Shown here in pieces: positions 61,536 to 64,000 of a stretch of DNA of 64,000 nucleotides (position 1 is the first letter of the stretch; each line of letters begins with the position of its first letter). The notes under the pieces were generated by a model. That model saw only the letters and a list, made by a program, of their open reading frames with translations, was not told the DNA's origin and ran no database searches. The DNA is from Squalus acanthias (taxonomy: Eukaryota): the NCBI GenBank assembly GCA_030390025.1, contig CM059432.1, positions 126,978,001-127,042,000 of the forward strand. Direction: 5' to 3'. The position numbers were made by a program, and so were the translations under genes.

Positions 61536-62570
61536 CGTTGCGAATTATGAATTATTTCTTTAAATGTTTGGCATTGCTTTTCTACTGTCATATCTTTTAA
61601 TCTAGTTTCCCAACCTACCTTAGCCAACTCGCCTCTCATACCTACGTAGTTTGCTTTGTTCAGAATTAGGACCTTAGTTTCGGACTTAACAAAATCACTC
61701 TCAAACTCAACATAAAATTCTATCATATTATGATCACTGCTCCCCAGAGGCTCCTTTACTACAAGCTTATTAATTAACCCTGTCTCATTACACAATACTC
61801 GAACTAAAATATCCAATTCCCTAGTAGGTTCCTCGACATACTGATCGAGAAAACTATCTTGAATGCTTTCCATGAACTCTTCCTCTGCACTATTACTGCA
61901 AATTTGGTTAGCCCAGTCTATATGAAAGTTAAAGTCCCCCATGATTACTGTATTAACCCTGTTACATGCATCCCTAATTTCCTAATTTATACTCTGCCCA
62001 ACACTACAACTACTGTTAGGGGGCCTATAAACCACTCCCACTAGTGTTTTCTGCCCCTTGTTGTTTCTTAGCTCCACCCAAACTGATTCTACATTTTGTT
62101 TTTCCGAAGCAAGATCCTTTCTCTCTACTGTTTTTATCTCCTCCTTTATTATCAGGGCAACCCCACCCCCCAACCCACCCAACCCACAACTTTTCCAATC
62201 TGCCTGTCTCTTCTAAAAGACAAATATCCTGGAATATTTAGTTCCCAACCTTTTTTCACTCTGCAACCACGTCTCTGCAATGGCTATTAAATCAAACCCA
62301 TTTATTTTTATCTGTGCTATTAATTCATCCACTTTGTTGCGAATGCTTCGTGCATTCAGATATAGTACCTTTAGCTTTAGCTTTTTTCTATTTTTCCCTG
62401 ATGTCATTTTAGTCACTGATGCTCTATTACCTTTATTAATCTCTCTGTCCCTTCCTGACCTACTTGGCTTATCTTTACCCGGATCACTACTCTGCTCTAC
62501 AGCCTTGACATTTCTCTTACTGCTTTTGAATTTACCCTTTCATGAATCCTCCTACCCGCCCCTCCCCCCT

Positions 62571-63388
62571 TAACATGCAAATACAGCAAGCAATTAGATA
62601 GATAAATGGTATGCTAGCCTTTATTGCAAAGGGGTTGGAGTATAAGAGTAAGGAAGTCTTGCTGCAATTATATAGAGCTTTGGTGAGACCACACCTGGCG
62701 TACTGTGTACAGTTTTGGTCTCCTTACCTAAGGAAGGATATACTTGCCTTAGAGGCGGTGCAACAAAGGTTCACTAGATTGATTCCTGGGATGAGAGGGT
62801 TGTCCTATGAGGTGAGATTGAGCAGACTGGGCCGATATTCTCTGGAGTTTAGAAGAATGAGAGGTGATCTCATTGAAATGTATACATTTTTTAGATGCCT
62901 TGACAGGGTAGATGCTGAGAGTCTGTTTATCCTGGCTGGAGAGTCTAGAACCAGGGGCCAGAATCTCAGAATAAGGGTCGGCCATTTAGGACTGAGATGA
63001 GGAGAAATTTCTTCACTCAGAGAGTTGTGAATCTTTGGAATTCTTTACCCCAGAGGGCTGTGGATGCTCAGTCGTTGAGTATATTTAAGACAGAGATCGA
63101 TAGATTTTTGGACACTAAGGGAATCAAGGGATATGGGGATCAGGCAGGAAAGTGGAGTTGAGGTAGAAGATCAGCCATGATCTTCTTGAATAGCGGAGCA
63201 GGCTCGAGGGGCAATATGGCCTACTCCTACTCCTATTTCTTATGCTCTTATGTTATTAGGAACAGAGTGACTGAGCACTTGGACAAATATGAACTGACCA
63301 GAGAGAGCCAGCATGGATTTGTAAAGGGTAAGTCATGTCTGATGAACCTAGTTGAATTTTTTAAGGAGATAAGTAATGTGGTAGATAA
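62571..63388 (+). mobile_element. CR1 3' end (62571-63256) plus short internal CR1 fragment
   Basis: [23 protein letters not shown].., tail, then RESQHGFVKGKSCLMNL. Confidence 0.8.
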
Positions 63389-64000
63389 TGCCCTTTTACC
63401 TCCTCCCTTCCCACTGTCCAGGGCCCCAAACACCCCTTCCAGGTGAAACAGCGATTTACTTGTACTTCTTGCAATTTAGTATACTGTATTCGCTGCTCAC
63501 GATGCAGTCTCCTCTACATTGGGGAGACCAAATGCAGATTGGGTGACCGCTTTGCGGAACACCTCCGTTCAGTCCGTAAGGGTGTCCCAAGCTTCCGGTC
63601 GCCTGTCACTTTAATTCTCTGCTCCACTCCCACTCAGACCTCACCATCCTCGGCCTCTTACACTGTTCCAAAGAAGTTCAACGTAAGCTCGAGGAACAGT
63701 ACCTCATCTTTCAAATAGGCACTTTACAGCCTTCTGGACTCAACATAGAGTTCAACAATTTCAGACTATAACCTCGGCCCCTATACTTTTTTTTCCATTC
63801 ATTTATTTATTTCTCTCTCCCACATGGCAGCTGTCTTTCATTCTGCCAGTGCCATTTACACTTCATCTAGAGCTATCTTTTGTTTCTTTACTGGCCCCAT
63901 TACCATCTCCTTTTGCCTCGCACTATCATCCCTTTTGTCATTCAGTCTCTCCTGCCTTCCATCCTATCACAGACCTTCCCTTTTGTTCTTTCCTCCCCTC
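63389..64000 (+). mobile_element. Penelope-like family B, GIY-YIG endonuclease end and 3' region (runs off window)
   Basis: FTCTSCNLVYCIRCSRCSLLYIGETKCRLGDRFAEHL. Confidence 0.85.

Larger units (their letters stand above)
57711..62570 (-). mobile_element. CR1 LINE ORF2 (same family as 3569-8657) with nested CR1 (59986-61535) and Penelope pLTR (57831-58114)
   Basis: LYLNARSIRNK..AETWL, GDFN..SDHN, NYRPVSLTS and RT 3' end; collinear with 3590-7490. Confidence 0.9.

Overview
Vertebrate genomic DNA, almost certainly a cartilaginous fish (shark/ray), judging by the HE1-type V-SINEs, SacSINE1/Deu-type SINEs and the CR1, L2, Penelope and Harbinger families. There is one host protein-coding gene: KLF10 (TIEG1) on the minus strand, with coding exons at 41275-41036, 40112-39149 and 38570-38320, a long putative 3' UTR to about 36650 and a GC/CCAAT/AP-1 promoter near 48.2-48.5 kb. 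The rest is mostly nested transposable-element debris. It includes a complete but dead two-gene PIF/Harbinger transposon (2587-11665) whose transposase is broken by a full-length CR1 and a precise inversion. It also includes Harbinger MITEs with 3-bp TSDs, several CR1/L2 LINEs, two Penelope-like families whose pseudo-LTRs carry minimal hammerhead-ribozyme motifs (hairpin insertions and a circularly permuted near-complete copy), a solo LTR in KLF10 intron 1, a decayed Gypsy relic and two minisatellites. Most short ORFs in the track are TE fragments or noise. I found no convincing wholly new system; the best leads are the inversion and the Penelope/hammerhead structures. Family assignments come from motif recognition, not database searches.
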